Origin: Verrucomicrobiia bacterium
GTDB lineage: Bacteria > Verrucomicrobiota > Verrucomicrobiia > Limisphaerales > UBA1319
Direction of reading: 5' to 3'
Assembly: GCA_963664225.1 (NCBI GenBank)
Contig: OY760937.1
Span: 1,888,001-1,952,000, forward strand
Length of the DNA stretch: 64,000 nt
The notes below the pieces were generated by a model, which worked only from the letters and a program-made list of their open reading frames with translations, had not been told where the DNA came from and made no database searches. Positions 48,314 through 57,970 of the stretch are shown here, one piece after another. Numbering within the stretch: the first letter of the stretch is position 1; each line of letters opens with the position of its first letter. The position numbers and the translations under genes were made by a program.

Positions 48314-51300
48314 TTACTGCTCGATCACCCGATAGAACAGCGTGCCGCTCGCGCCGGTATTGGTGTCCCGAACTTCCTGAACATCGTCATTGCCCGTCTT
48401 ATCGCCCAGCTTGGACCAGTCTCCAGCCTTCAGGCTGGTTGCCCGTTCCACGGTGTACTTCATTCCCAACTTGGTGAACCAGCGCAGCGAGAATTGGTGC
48501 TGCTGCAATTCGGTCGCCCATCCCGCGCCCAGGTTGTGCAAACGGAGCTTCGCGGGATTCCGGCCCGCCAGATACTCCTGAAGGTTGGTGACGCCGTCGT
48601 CATCAGGATCCGCATTCACGGCCGCCCAACGGCTGTTGAAGCTGCCGAAGTACTTGATCTTGTACTCGTCCGATATTTGCTCGGCCGGCCTTTGCGCTGT
48701 TGTGCCCACCCAGACCACGCCCGGGAAACTCTCAAAGTCATACTGCGTGTTAATGTCTCCTGCGCCGTCCACGTTCAAATAACGAATCACATAGGTCTGG
48801 CCCGCAATCGCCGTGGCCGGAACCGTGAACTGGATATAACCCAGCAAGGTCGCATTACGCATCGGATTGGCGAACATGGTGCCAGCCTGTCCATTCTGGA
48901 ACTTGAATCCCCAGGCCGCCGCCACCTGATTGATCGGCAGTTCGCCGCTGGCGCCGGGAACGTTGATCGTGGGCGCCGGCAGGTCCGCAGCCTGCACAAA
49001 TACGGCTGGCTCCAGAAGCGCCGGGGCGTTGTCCACTGTCTCAACTTCCACGCGGAATTGCAGGCCGGCCACCGCATTATTGTCTTTGGCCCTGAGATAT
49101 ACGGGGACCTTGACGAGTTGACCGGGCTGCGCATTTTCCACAGGCTGCGAGTAAATCACCGCCTGGCGAACCCAAGCGGGCCTGTCCGCGCTGACAATCG
49201 TGGTCGCAACAGGCGTCGCAGGAGCACTATTCAATATGGCTCCCGCAGTCACACGGCGGCCACCCGCGCTCCAATTACGCATCCAATTATTAGTATCCAG
49301 ACGCAGTGAGCGCATCAGGATGACCTGCCAGTCCAGAAAACGAATCTGGCCGTCACCGCCCACCGAGGAGGTCGTATCCACAGGGAAAGCATCCATGGCA
49401 TCGAATACATCGCTGAAGGAGTAGGGAGTGCGCACGCCCAACGAGGCGTAGAACGCGTTGTTCACGTCGTTGTTGTTCAAGTTGCCGTTTCCATAGTCCC
49501 CGGCGTTGTACCAACTGGCGATCGCGCTATCACCCACGGTGTAGGCGATATTGGTCACCAGGATCGTCTGCGCGGGCAGCGTGCTGAAGATTACCGGAGT
49601 CTGCATGGCGTCCGATGTGCCGGACACCTCGAGAAGCCTGATCGAATAGGTCGAGCCGCTGGCCGCTGTGGGCGGCACGGGAATCGCGAGCAGAGCCACC
49701 GTCGAGAAATCCGACGCGGAGAAGTTGGCGTTGATCCCGATGTATGCGACAGCCAGACCCCGTGTCTTATTTGTGGCGAAATAGTAGGTGCTATAGGTAC
49801 CCGTCGATTTAAGACCGTTAGTCCCGGTGCCAATGACCTTGATAAAATCGTTGGTGTCGATATCGATGGGGCGGAACTGGGCCAGAATTTCGGGCGAGCT
49901 GGTGTCCGTCGGCGCGACTTCCACCCGGAATTGCAAGGACATGAGCTTGTCGTTTTCACCCATCTTGACTTGCACCGGCACCAGGATTGTGGAGCCAATG
50001 CCGGCGTTGTAACCCTTGAGAACGCCGATGGTCGTGGTCTGGAGATCGCTGAATTTGAAGGTTTTTTGCATCACGCTGCTGGTCTCGTAACCATCCTTGA
50101 ACGCGCGCACCTGAAAATTGACATCGTTGGTGCCGGTGAGAATGGCCGGAGTCTGACCGACAAATAACGGGATGTCGTTCGTGGTCGGAGCCAGACCGTT
50201 GGTCGTGTAGTACATCCGCGCTCCCAGCGTTGCGGAATCCACGGTAAAGGTTGCCGGGTTGATCCCCAGAATATTTGGATTGGCCACTTTGAATCGGACC
50301 TGCGCAGTCACGATTCTGCTCGACTGGCGCCCGCTGGCGGTGCCGTAGGTTTTGATCACCACGTTCGTCAAAACTCTCATCCCCTCGAGAATGCTCCTGG
50401 GGGTGTAATTCGCAACTGACTGACCATCCGAGTAGATGGGCGTGCTTGGATCGTCCTTGGTGGGATCCCGCAGAGAAGCGGCGTCATTGCCAACCACGTA
50501 ATGAAATTCCGTGTCGCTTTCCGTCAGGATCACGATGTTGGTGTTATTGTAAAATGTGGCGTTAGTGATGGCCACGGCCTGCCAGACCAGATTCTGGAGC
50601 GCGTTGGTGGTCGCCACCGCCACCGCGATGATCGGCTCGGCCACCGGCGCCTGCGGCAGGGAGACCTGGATTCGAAGCAACGCGTTGCGGCCCAAATCCA
50701 CCAGGGGATAGTTGCCGTCCTTGTCAATCGCCATGCCCATGGGTTTGACCAGGCCCGCTTTGGAGGAATTGGCATAAGTAATCACCTTCGGGATGCCGGG
50801 CGTCGATTCTAATATCTCACGAATCAGGGCATTGCCCGTATCGCTCACGAGCAAGCCTGTCTTGCCGCCCACCCATAAGAGACCCGCGGGCTTGAGAAAC
50901 CGCGCATTGGTCCCGATACCATCGGCGATGCCAAATTTCACATTCGATCCGCCGCCCGCGTAAAGCACCGGCGCCGCGGCGCCATTGGTCAGCACGAGAA
51001 TGGAATGGTTCTCCGTGTCGGCAATGAACAGACGCCCGCCCGCGCCGTCATAGGCCACCGCCGCCGGCTTGAAGAGATTCGAAGCCACCGTGGTCACATT
51101 GCCCGCCACATCGAGCTTGCGAATGGCGTTATTCAACTGGTCGGCAACGTAGATATCCCCGGCGGATCCCACCGCCAGACCGGCGGGAGAATTGAAGCGC
51201 GCGGAAGCGCCATTCCCATCCGCAAAGCCGCTGCCGCCCTCCATGCTCGAAACATCGCTGCCGGCCAGCAGGGTTGAGGTCCCGTTCGTGTTCAGAAACC

Positions 51301-51604
51301 GGATGGAATTGAAACCCGCATCCGCTACGATCAGGCCGCCGCGCGCCGTTACGATTCCCCGCGGATCGAAAAAGCCATCGTTTAGAACCGACTCTGTCCC
51401 CATGTTAGAATCGAACTGCACCACGCGTCCATTGACGCTGTCGGTGAGAAAAAATTGATCCTCCACCACGGCAACGCCGTAGGGTTCGTTCAGTTGCACG
51501 ACATTGTCGGGTGCATTGGTGATGACCGTCCCTATGGTTTGGGCGGTGGCGTTCAGGCCCAACAGGCCGGATGCCAGCAGTGTCATGGCGATGCTTTTAT
51601 TCAT
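48314..51604 (-). CDS. Large secreted NHL-repeat / cohesin-like / dockerin-like / cohesin-like protein, paralogue 2
   Basis: Signal peptide; ARFNSPAGLAV, YVADQLNNAIRK; MYYTTNGLAPT (CHB_HEX_C-like); VGDSAIASWYNAGDYGNG...GGDGQIRFLDW; DPDDDGVTNLQEY; ends FYRVIEQ. Confidence 0.85.
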   Translation of the reverse strand: MNKSIAMTLLASGLLGLNATAQTIGTVITNAPDNVVQLNEPYGVAVVEDQFFLTDSVNGRVVQFDSNMGTESVLNDGFFDPRGIVTARGGLIVADAGFNSIRFLNTNGTSTLLAGSDVSSMEGGSGFADGNGASARFNSPAGLAVGSAGDIYVADQLNNAIRKLDVAGNVTTVASNLFKPAAVAYDGAGGRLFIADTENHSILVLTNGAAAPVLYAGGGSNVKFGIADGIGTNARFLKPAGLLWVGGKTGLLVSDTGNALIREILESTPGIPKVITYANSSKAGLVKPMGMAIDKDGNYPLVDLGRNALLRIQVSLPQAPVAEPIIAVAVATTNALQNLVWQAVAITNATFYNNTNIVILTESDTEFHYVVGNDAASLRDPTKDDPSTPIYSDGQSVANYTPRSILEGMRVLTNVVIKTYGTASGRQSSRIVTAQVRFKVANPNILGINPATFTVDSATLGARMYYTTNGLAPTTNDIPLFVGQTPAILTGTNDVNFQVRAFKDGYETSSVMQKTFKFSDLQTTTIGVLKGYNAGIGSTILVPVQVKMGENDKLMSLQFRVEVAPTDTSSPEILAQFRPIDIDTNDFIKVIGTGTNGLKSTGTYSTYYFATNKTRGLAVAYIGINANFSASDFSTVALLAIPVPPTAASGSTYSIRLLEVSGTSDAMQTPVIFSTLPAQTILVTNIAYTVGDSAIASWYNAGDYGNGNLNNNDVNNAFYASLGVRTPYSFSDVFDAMDAFPVDTTSSVGGDGQIRFLDWQVILMRSLRLDTNNWMRNWSAGGRRVTAGAILNSAPATPVATTIVSADRPAWVRQAVIYSQPVENAQPGQLVKVPVYLRAKDNNAVAGLQFRVEVETVDNAPALLEPAVFVQAADLPAPTINVPGASGELPINQVAAAWGFKFQNGQAGTMFANPMRNATLLGYIQFTVPATAIAGQTYVIRYLNVDGAGDINTQYDFESFPGVVWVGTTAQRPAEQISDEYKIKYFGSFNSRWAAVNADPDDDGVTNLQEYLAGRNPAKLRLHNLGAGWATELQQHQFSLRWFTKLGMKYTVERATSLKAGDWSKLGDKTGNDDVQEVRDTNTGASGTLFYRVIEQ

Positions 51605-51661
51605 ACGTCGATGTTTTTTTAACGGCGATCTAAAACTGTTTATTGTTATTGGCGATCCGGC

Positions 51662-54658
51662 TCAATTGGCCGGGCGCACCCGGTAATACTGTGTCTGCGA
51701 AGTTCCGGAGTTATCCTGATACTCCGTGATGCGCCCCTCCCCGGTCACTATTGCCCCGGCCGCTTCCCAATGTTTCAAGTCAGGGGAGCGCTCCACCACG
51801 TATTGCTTCCCGGCTTCGGCATACCAGCGGACGGCAAAACCGCTCAACTCCATTTTGAATCGCCAATCCACCTGGGTTGGGCTGGTGCCCGAATTGAACT
51901 CCATCAGATTGGTGAAGCCGTCGTCATCCGTGTCCTTGTCGGCCGCCGCAGCAGGGTCGCTGAGAGCGCCGAAAAACTTGAGCTTCCACTCGTCGCTGAT
52001 TGTTGCGGGCGGCCTTAAGGCCCTTGTCCCCACCCAGACATCACCGGGCAACGATTGAATGTCATACTGGACATAATCGCCAAGCGTCATCGCAGCAGGG
52101 CTGGCATCAACATGCGAAAAATGGATCTGAAACGGTTGGCTGGAGCCAGCGCCATAAGGCAGCGAAAATCGCAGCCAGCCCAGAAGATTGCTGCCCTGCA
52201 GGGAGGGACTAAAGGAGGGCATCGCCCAGCCGCACAAAATATCGCTCGAAGTTGCGCCCGAAAGCGGCTCGCTCTTTGCCGGCGCCGACATGCCTGGCGC
52301 GGGCACGAAGCTCACGCTGCCGGAAATGGCCGGAGAAACCGCGGCTCGAAACATCAACCCGCTGACGTTATATCCCGGCGCCACCTTCAAATACACCGGG
52401 GCATCGACTCTTCCACCGGCCTGGGCATTTTCCACCGACAATGCGCCCAAAGTGGCTTGGCAAAACCAGGCAGCGCCTTGATCCGCTGTAACAGCCTGCC
52501 GCGTTGCCAGTCGTGCGGCACTTCCAGCCGCCGACGCCGATATCCGCACCCCGCCCGCACCCCACGTCCGATAAACCTGATCCGAGTCCAATCCCAGCGA
52601 ACGGCGTAAAATCACCATCCAATCCATGTAACGGATCATACCGTCGCCGCCCGCCGCACCCCCCGAATCCAGCGGGAAGGCGTCCATCGCGTCAAACGCA
52701 TCCGTGAATGGAAAAGGCAGTTTCACACCCATGGCGGCGTAGAAGACGTTGTTCACATCGTCGTTGTTCAGACTGCCATCCCCAAACGCGCCCGCCTCAT
52801 ACCAACGCGCGGGGGCGGTGTCGCCCACCTTGTACGTTATATTGGTCACGGTGATGTAAGTCGGCCCGTTGATTGTGAACGTCACACCCTTGTTGGCGTC
52901 GGTCGCGCCACTGGCCTGAAGAACATCGATCCGGTAACGCTGGCCCACGACCGCACCGGCGGGTACAGGCACCACCAGCATGGCCACCTGGCCGAAATTA
53001 TTCATTACAAACGCGGAATTGGTGCCAATGTAGCTGACGGTCAAACCGCGCGTGCGCCCGTACAGATACGACGCGGTGTAAAACATGGCCGGATTGGCGG
53101 CATCCGGGGAGGGACCCGCTGTGGGGATGAATGTCGAGTTCGTGATGGACAGAGCCTGGAATCCGTCTGAAATTACGGGCATATCTGCCGTTTCCGGCGT
53201 CACTTCCACACGAAATTGGAGGGAACGCAGATTTAGATTGCTCGCAAGGTTGACAATAACCGGCGCGGCTACGACCGAACCAATGCCCGCATTGAACTGG
53301 CCTGGAATGCCCATCTGACTTACAACAGGCTTAGTGCCCTGAACGACAGGACTGGCAACGCCACCCACAAAGGCAATCACTTTCAAGTCACTCAAGTCCC
53401 GGTTCGGTTCGTCCCACACAATCGTTCCCACTCCATTAATCATGGGCACCTTGAAACTGTTGGTCGTCGGCACCGATCCATCGGTCGTATAATACACCTC
53501 GGCCGCTTGGAAGAGATCGTTCGTTGGAAAATAAACTGTCACGAGTGTGCCCATCGGGAAAAAGCCGCTGGAGGGATCAATCGTGGGAACCGGGACAGTC
53601 GGCTGGCTCCCCGGAGTGGTCTCTATCGCGCCATTAAGTTTGCGGACGAGATGGTAATACACCTCGGTGTCGTAGATGACGCCGTCCGTCCCCACAGCCA
53701 CTCCCACCGGCTCCCGGCACTCGGCAAAGAGGGTACTCCCATCGGCCCAGCCCGGAAGAATGCCCGGTGCGGGAAACGTTTCCCAATCCGCCGCATCAAT
53801 ACCGCAGAGAGTCGTCACGATCCCCACGGAATTCACGAAGCGCAGCTTATGATTGTAACGGTCGGCCACGACCAGGCCTCCGCTGGGTGCCGCGGCGATT
53901 TGCTGAGGCGTGTTGAACCGGGCGATCGCCGAAGGGCCATCGGCAAAACCGGACATTCCCGCGCCGATGGTTCCCACCACAGCGCCTGTAGCCGGATTGA
54001 CTAACAAAATCACATGACCGGCACTGGAACTAACCGCCAATAAACCGCTGGTCAAGAAGGCAATGCCACGGGGTTGATTCAAACCTTCGGTGACAAGGGT
54101 CACCAGACCGCTGCTCAAAGACACCTTCTTGATCGCACCACCCGTTTCCGCCACATACAAATGATTCTGGTTGTCGGTGGTCATGGCGATCGGTCCCACC
54201 AGCAAGGCCAGAGTGGACCTATTGCCGAACCGGTCGCTTCTTATGATTTCACCCGTGCCCTGGCAGGCGATGTAGAGGTTTGAATTCGTATCCAACACCA
54301 CCGCCACCGGCTGACTCAGGTTTTTCAAAAGTGTGATGGTGCGCCCGGCGGTCAAATCCATGCGGCGAACGCTGTTATTATCGCGATCGGCAACATAGAG
54401 ATAATTTGTGCCGATGGCGCAGCCTGCCGGAGTGTGAAACTGGGATTGGCTCAGGCTCAATCCATCCTGATTGCCGTAGTTTGGACCGCCGCTCACGATT
54501 GGACCGCCACCCAAAGTGGTGACTTGCGCGCCGATCTGAGCCAGTAGAGCTGCGGGCATCATCGCCACCAGAGCACAGACTCCCACTGCCGCGCGCAATC
54601 CCAATCGGGAGGAAACCCGGCGCGGGAGAAACTGTTGAATAAATTTATAAAATGGCAT
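51662..54658 (-). CDS. Large secreted NHL-repeat / cohesin-like / dockerin-like / cohesin-like protein, paralogue 1
   Basis: Signal peptide; YVADRDNNSVRR, ARFNTPQQI; VYYTTDGSVPT; VGDTAPARWYEAGAFGDG...GGDGMIRYMDW; DTDDDGFTNLMEF; ends YYRVRPAN; starts 17 bp after secretin stop. Confidence 0.85.
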   Translation of the reverse strand: MPFYKFIQQFLPRRVSSRLGLRAAVGVCALVAMMPAALLAQIGAQVTTLGGGPIVSGGPNYGNQDGLSLSQSQFHTPAGCAIGTNYLYVADRDNNSVRRMDLTAGRTITLLKNLSQPVAVVLDTNSNLYIACQGTGEIIRSDRFGNRSTLALLVGPIAMTTDNQNHLYVAETGGAIKKVSLSSGLVTLVTEGLNQPRGIAFLTSGLLAVSSSAGHVILLVNPATGAVVGTIGAGMSGFADGPSAIARFNTPQQIAAAPSGGLVVADRYNHKLRFVNSVGIVTTLCGIDAADWETFPAPGILPGWADGSTLFAECREPVGVAVGTDGVIYDTEVYYHLVRKLNGAIETTPGSQPTVPVPTIDPSSGFFPMGTLVTVYFPTNDLFQAAEVYYTTDGSVPTTNSFKVPMINGVGTIVWDEPNRDLSDLKVIAFVGGVASPVVQGTKPVVSQMGIPGQFNAGIGSVVAAPVIVNLASNLNLRSLQFRVEVTPETADMPVISDGFQALSITNSTFIPTAGPSPDAANPAMFYTASYLYGRTRGLTVSYIGTNSAFVMNNFGQVAMLVVPVPAGAVVGQRYRIDVLQASGATDANKGVTFTINGPTYITVTNITYKVGDTAPARWYEAGAFGDGSLNNDDVNNVFYAAMGVKLPFPFTDAFDAMDAFPLDSGGAAGGDGMIRYMDWMVILRRSLGLDSDQVYRTWGAGGVRISASAAGSAARLATRQAVTADQGAAWFCQATLGALSVENAQAGGRVDAPVYLKVAPGYNVSGLMFRAAVSPAISGSVSFVPAPGMSAPAKSEPLSGATSSDILCGWAMPSFSPSLQGSNLLGWLRFSLPYGAGSSQPFQIHFSHVDASPAAMTLGDYVQYDIQSLPGDVWVGTRALRPPATISDEWKLKFFGALSDPAAAADKDTDDDGFTNLMEFNSGTSPTQVDWRFKMELSGFAVRWYAEAGKQYVVERSPDLKHWEAAGAIVTGEGRITEYQDNSGTSQTQYYRVRPAN

Positions 54659-54675
54659 GGCGGATTTCCAAGGCG

Positions 54676-56796
54676 TTAATATTGATCCTGGATCGGTTTA
54701 TTCCAGTTCACCGGTTTGCCGCTATCCCACGGAGACGTCTTTTTGTTGCTTGAATCCGTGGCCCTGGTTTCGAGGAATTTGCTTTCCCCCAACTCCTGGA
54801 AATCCTCGCTTTTGACTATCGATGGGGTGATGAATATCAGCAGGTTCTGCTTGAGTCTTGTCTTGCTGTCCTTGCGGAAAAGCAAGCCGATACCCGGCAT
54901 GTCGCCTAGGATTGGAACTTTGGTCTGGGCTTTCGTGTTGCTGTCGCTCATCAATCCGCCCATCACCAGCGTGTGTCCGCTGGGAATGACCACATGCGTC
55001 TCGATTTTGCGAATCGCGTAAATATTGGCCACGTTGTTCTGCCCGTTGATGACCTGCTGGTCCTTGCCATCGATATTCGAAACCTCAGGCTGAACATGCA
55101 ACGCGATGCTGTTACTGCCAGAGATCCTGGGGGTCACATTGAGCCGGGTGCCCATATTGGTGTATTGGACCTGTGAGCCACCCGCCACATTCGCGGATCC
55201 GGGCGTGATTTGGAAGATAGGGAAGGCTCGCGTGACCTCAAGCGTGGCCATTTCGTTATCCAAGGTGACCGCGCGGGGTGTCGAAACGACCTCGGTATCC
55301 GAGTCCTTGTTCAGAAAAGAGAGCACCGCGTTGACACCATCGGCATTCAAAAAGGCCACATTCGGAGAAAAACCCTTGGCCGTATTCATACTCAAACCAC
55401 CGGGCAGGCTGCTGGGCAAAACGCTGCTGCTGCTGCTCCCGCCACTGCTGCCACCGCCGCTCCCGCTGCTGCCCACGGTCGTCGTGTATGTCGAGGCCGA
55501 GGAGGATCCCCCATCCCCGGTCACGGTCCGCCCACTTGGCAAAACAACGGAGGATCCCGCGCCAGGAGTGGTGGTCGTGGAAGAACTGGTGGTTTGGCCG
55601 TTGCCGAAAGAGACATGCTGGGCCTCGAGCGTGCCGGACCAGTCGATGCCTTTGACTGACTGGGGATTCTGCGAGGTCTCCAACAGGCGCGCCTCAATGA
55701 GCACCTGGCGCGTGGCAGTGTCGAGTTTCTTGATCAATGCATCGACTGCCTCCATCTCCTTCTCCGTGGCCATCACCACCAACTGACTGGTGCGGGTGTC
55801 GGGTATCACCATGCTGCGCGTGGGTGGCGTCAGAGCGGCCTTGATGATGACCACCATGTTCGTGGGATCGCTGTACTGAAGCTGGATTATTTTCGTGACC
55901 AGCGGCTCCGGTGCGGCGGGGTCCTTGATGGTGACGCGCGAAACCTGCGTTTTGGGGTCCAACACCAACTGGTAACCATAGTTATTCAGAACCGCCATCA
56001 GAACCTGGCGCGCGGTGACATTCTCCAGACGCAAACTCACCATGGGCTGGGGCACTGGTTTGCCATCCGGTCCAACCGCCGCCTGAATGCGGGGATCGAA
56101 CTGAAAATTGATTTTGGCCTGGCGGCAGAGCGTTTTGATGACATCCAACAAGGGGGCGTCCTCAAATGTCACCAGCGGCATCACCTCGGTCGCCTCTGCA
56201 GCGCCCTGGAAAGCCCCCAGATCCACCGGTCCATTAGTGTCCCCGGCACTTGCGACCACCGGTGTGCGAACCTCCTCCAAAATGAGGGATGGCGCCGGCG
56301 GGGCCGCGTTGGTCCCCGTGATCACTGCGGGAGTGATTTTGACGGCTGTGGACGCCGCGTTGGTGACTCCTGTGTCGATTGAAGGATCTTTGATGGTGAT
56401 CCGGGAAATCCCCGTGGTCATATCCGGTACCAACTGAAAACCGTGTTCAACGAGCACCACGTTCAAAACCTGGCGGGCGGTGACATTTTCCATGTTCAGA
56501 TTAACCGATATCTCAGGCCTGTCGGACGCCCTGATCACGTCCTGAACACGCGGATCAATCTGGTAGCTGATCCTCGCCTGGCGACAGAGGATTTTGATTA
56601 CTTCCATCAGCGGCGCATCCTCAAATTTCACCTGGGGCATGACCACATCCGTCAGTGGCGAAGGCTCGGTGCCCGAAGCGATCTGCCCGGGAGGCGGACT
56701 TGCGGGAGAGTTGGTTGACGCGGAGCTCGCGGCCACGGCGCTCCATGCCAATAAATTGGCGCATACACACAGAAGAATTGCATCAATTGTTTTCAT
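54676..56796 (-). CDS. Secretin (PilQ/GspD family) with duplicated N-terminal domain
   Basis: PDTRTSQLVV, LIKKLD..TRQVLIEARLLE, STPRAVTLDN, GTRLNVTPRI, TLVMGGL, KVPILGDMPGIGLLFR, LLIFITP. Confidence 0.95.
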   Translation of the reverse strand: MKTIDAILLCVCANLLAWSAVAASSASTNSPASPPPGQIASGTEPSPLTDVVMPQVKFEDAPLMEVIKILCRQARISYQIDPRVQDVIRASDRPEISVNLNMENVTARQVLNVVLVEHGFQLVPDMTTGISRITIKDPSIDTGVTNAASTAVKITPAVITGTNAAPPAPSLILEEVRTPVVASAGDTNGPVDLGAFQGAAEATEVMPLVTFEDAPLLDVIKTLCRQAKINFQFDPRIQAAVGPDGKPVPQPMVSLRLENVTARQVLMAVLNNYGYQLVLDPKTQVSRVTIKDPAAPEPLVTKIIQLQYSDPTNMVVIIKAALTPPTRSMVIPDTRTSQLVVMATEKEMEAVDALIKKLDTATRQVLIEARLLETSQNPQSVKGIDWSGTLEAQHVSFGNGQTTSSSTTTTPGAGSSVVLPSGRTVTGDGGSSSASTYTTTVGSSGSGGGSSGGSSSSSVLPSSLPGGLSMNTAKGFSPNVAFLNADGVNAVLSFLNKDSDTEVVSTPRAVTLDNEMATLEVTRAFPIFQITPGSANVAGGSQVQYTNMGTRLNVTPRISGSNSIALHVQPEVSNIDGKDQQVINGQNNVANIYAIRKIETHVVIPSGHTLVMGGLMSDSNTKAQTKVPILGDMPGIGLLFRKDSKTRLKQNLLIFITPSIVKSEDFQELGESKFLETRATDSSNKKTSPWDSGKPVNWNKPIQDQY

Positions 56797-56865
56797 TCCA
56801 CACGATTCGCAGTTTTTCCGCGCTCAAACGCGCGGAGTCGTCCGGACCAGGCCGGACTTCTTCCA

Positions 56866-57372
56866 CTATTCCAGCCGCATACGGAGGTTGTAACGTTCGG
56901 GCTTGCCGACGACACACACGACCACGGAGCCTTCCTTGATTTCCAGGCATTGTACGACCAGTTTGCCCCCTTCGACATTGACCTCATTGGTTTCACCCGC
57001 CGCAAAATGCCGGTTATTAATCAGAGCCAGCTTCCGATTTTCCGTGCCAGAAACGATCCCTTTCAAAAAAAGAAGCGTATTCGCTTTGGGTGCCGCCGGT
57101 TTGGCATCCTTGTTTTCGCTGGTTGCCGGCGCCGATTGCATCCGTCTTGCAGATCTCGGATAAAATGGATCCCTGTCGCCGCTGGCCACGTCATCGTGAA
57201 AGACCGACTTTGGAATGACGACAACGATCGGCGCGGAATTTGTCATGGGAGCGGCTGCCTTTTGCGGCATCGCGGCAGGCGCGGCCTGAAGCATTCCACC
57301 GCACACGGCGAACATCAGGGCCAAAGCCCGGCCGCTGTGTACCCGCAGCCAGTATTTCATCGAAAATCTCAT
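56866..57372 (-). CDS. PilP/GspC-like alignment-complex protein
   Basis: Signal/TM, RDPFYP, LFLKGI...ALINN...GE; lies between PilO-like gene and secretin. Start may be 57360. Confidence 0.7.
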   Translation of the reverse strand: MRFSMKYWLRVHSGRALALMFAVCGGMLQAAPAAMPQKAAAPMTNSAPIVVVIPKSVFHDDVASGDRDPFYPRSARRMQSAPATSENKDAKPAAPKANTLLFLKGIVSGTENRKLALINNRHFAAGETNEVNVEGGKLVVQCLEIKEGSVVVCVVGKPERYNLRMRLE

Positions 57373-57385
57373 TTGCGGTCAGGAG

Positions 57386-57970
57386 TCATTTGATGCCCGC
57401 GACTTTTACCAGAGCCACTATTTCCATTCTGAACTCGAGTTTCTCTGGTTCGTCGGAGTTCAATCCAGTCGCGGGACGCAATTCCACATTCTGCACCTGC
57501 ATGTACGGATAATTGTTCTCGAAATCCGCCAAAAACCTTCCGAAATCGTGGTACAACGCCGTGCCGCTAATCGAAAACGTGGCGGCCGAATAGGGAAAAT
57601 CCGGCAGAAGGCCAATCGGGCCCAACTGTGCCGGGGAATAGCTCGGAATTGAAACCCGGTAGGGGGCCTTGAACTTGTTGAGTGTCAGGATCGCCCAGGA
57701 ATACACGTCGCCCGAAGCCATGCTGTCCTCAATATCCCGCAGATTGTTGATCTTCTGGTCCAGTTCCTCCTGAATCTGGCCCGAACGGTGGATGATCGAT
57801 GTAGCGTGATCCAGATTTGCCTGGGCGGCGCTGATCTTCTTCTGCCGCTCCACAAGAGTCCCGTTCAAGCTCTGCACCAGCAGCATCCACAACGCGACAA
57901 TCACGACGCACGTGCCTGCCACAATCATGATGATGCGGTCCCGCTGCGTCCTGGTCATTCCGGGCATCAT
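57386..57970 (-). CDS. PilO/GspM-like protein
   Basis: N-terminal TM, coiled coil, GTALYHDFGRFLADFEN..PYMQV. Confidence 0.85.
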   Translation of the reverse strand: MMPGMTRTQRDRIIMIVAGTCVVIVALWMLLVQSLNGTLVERQKKISAAQANLDHATSIIHRSGQIQEELDQKINNLRDIEDSMASGDVYSWAILTLNKFKAPYRVSIPSYSPAQLGPIGLLPDFPYSAATFSISGTALYHDFGRFLADFENNYPYMQVQNVELRPATGLNSDEPEKLEFRMEIVALVKVAGIK

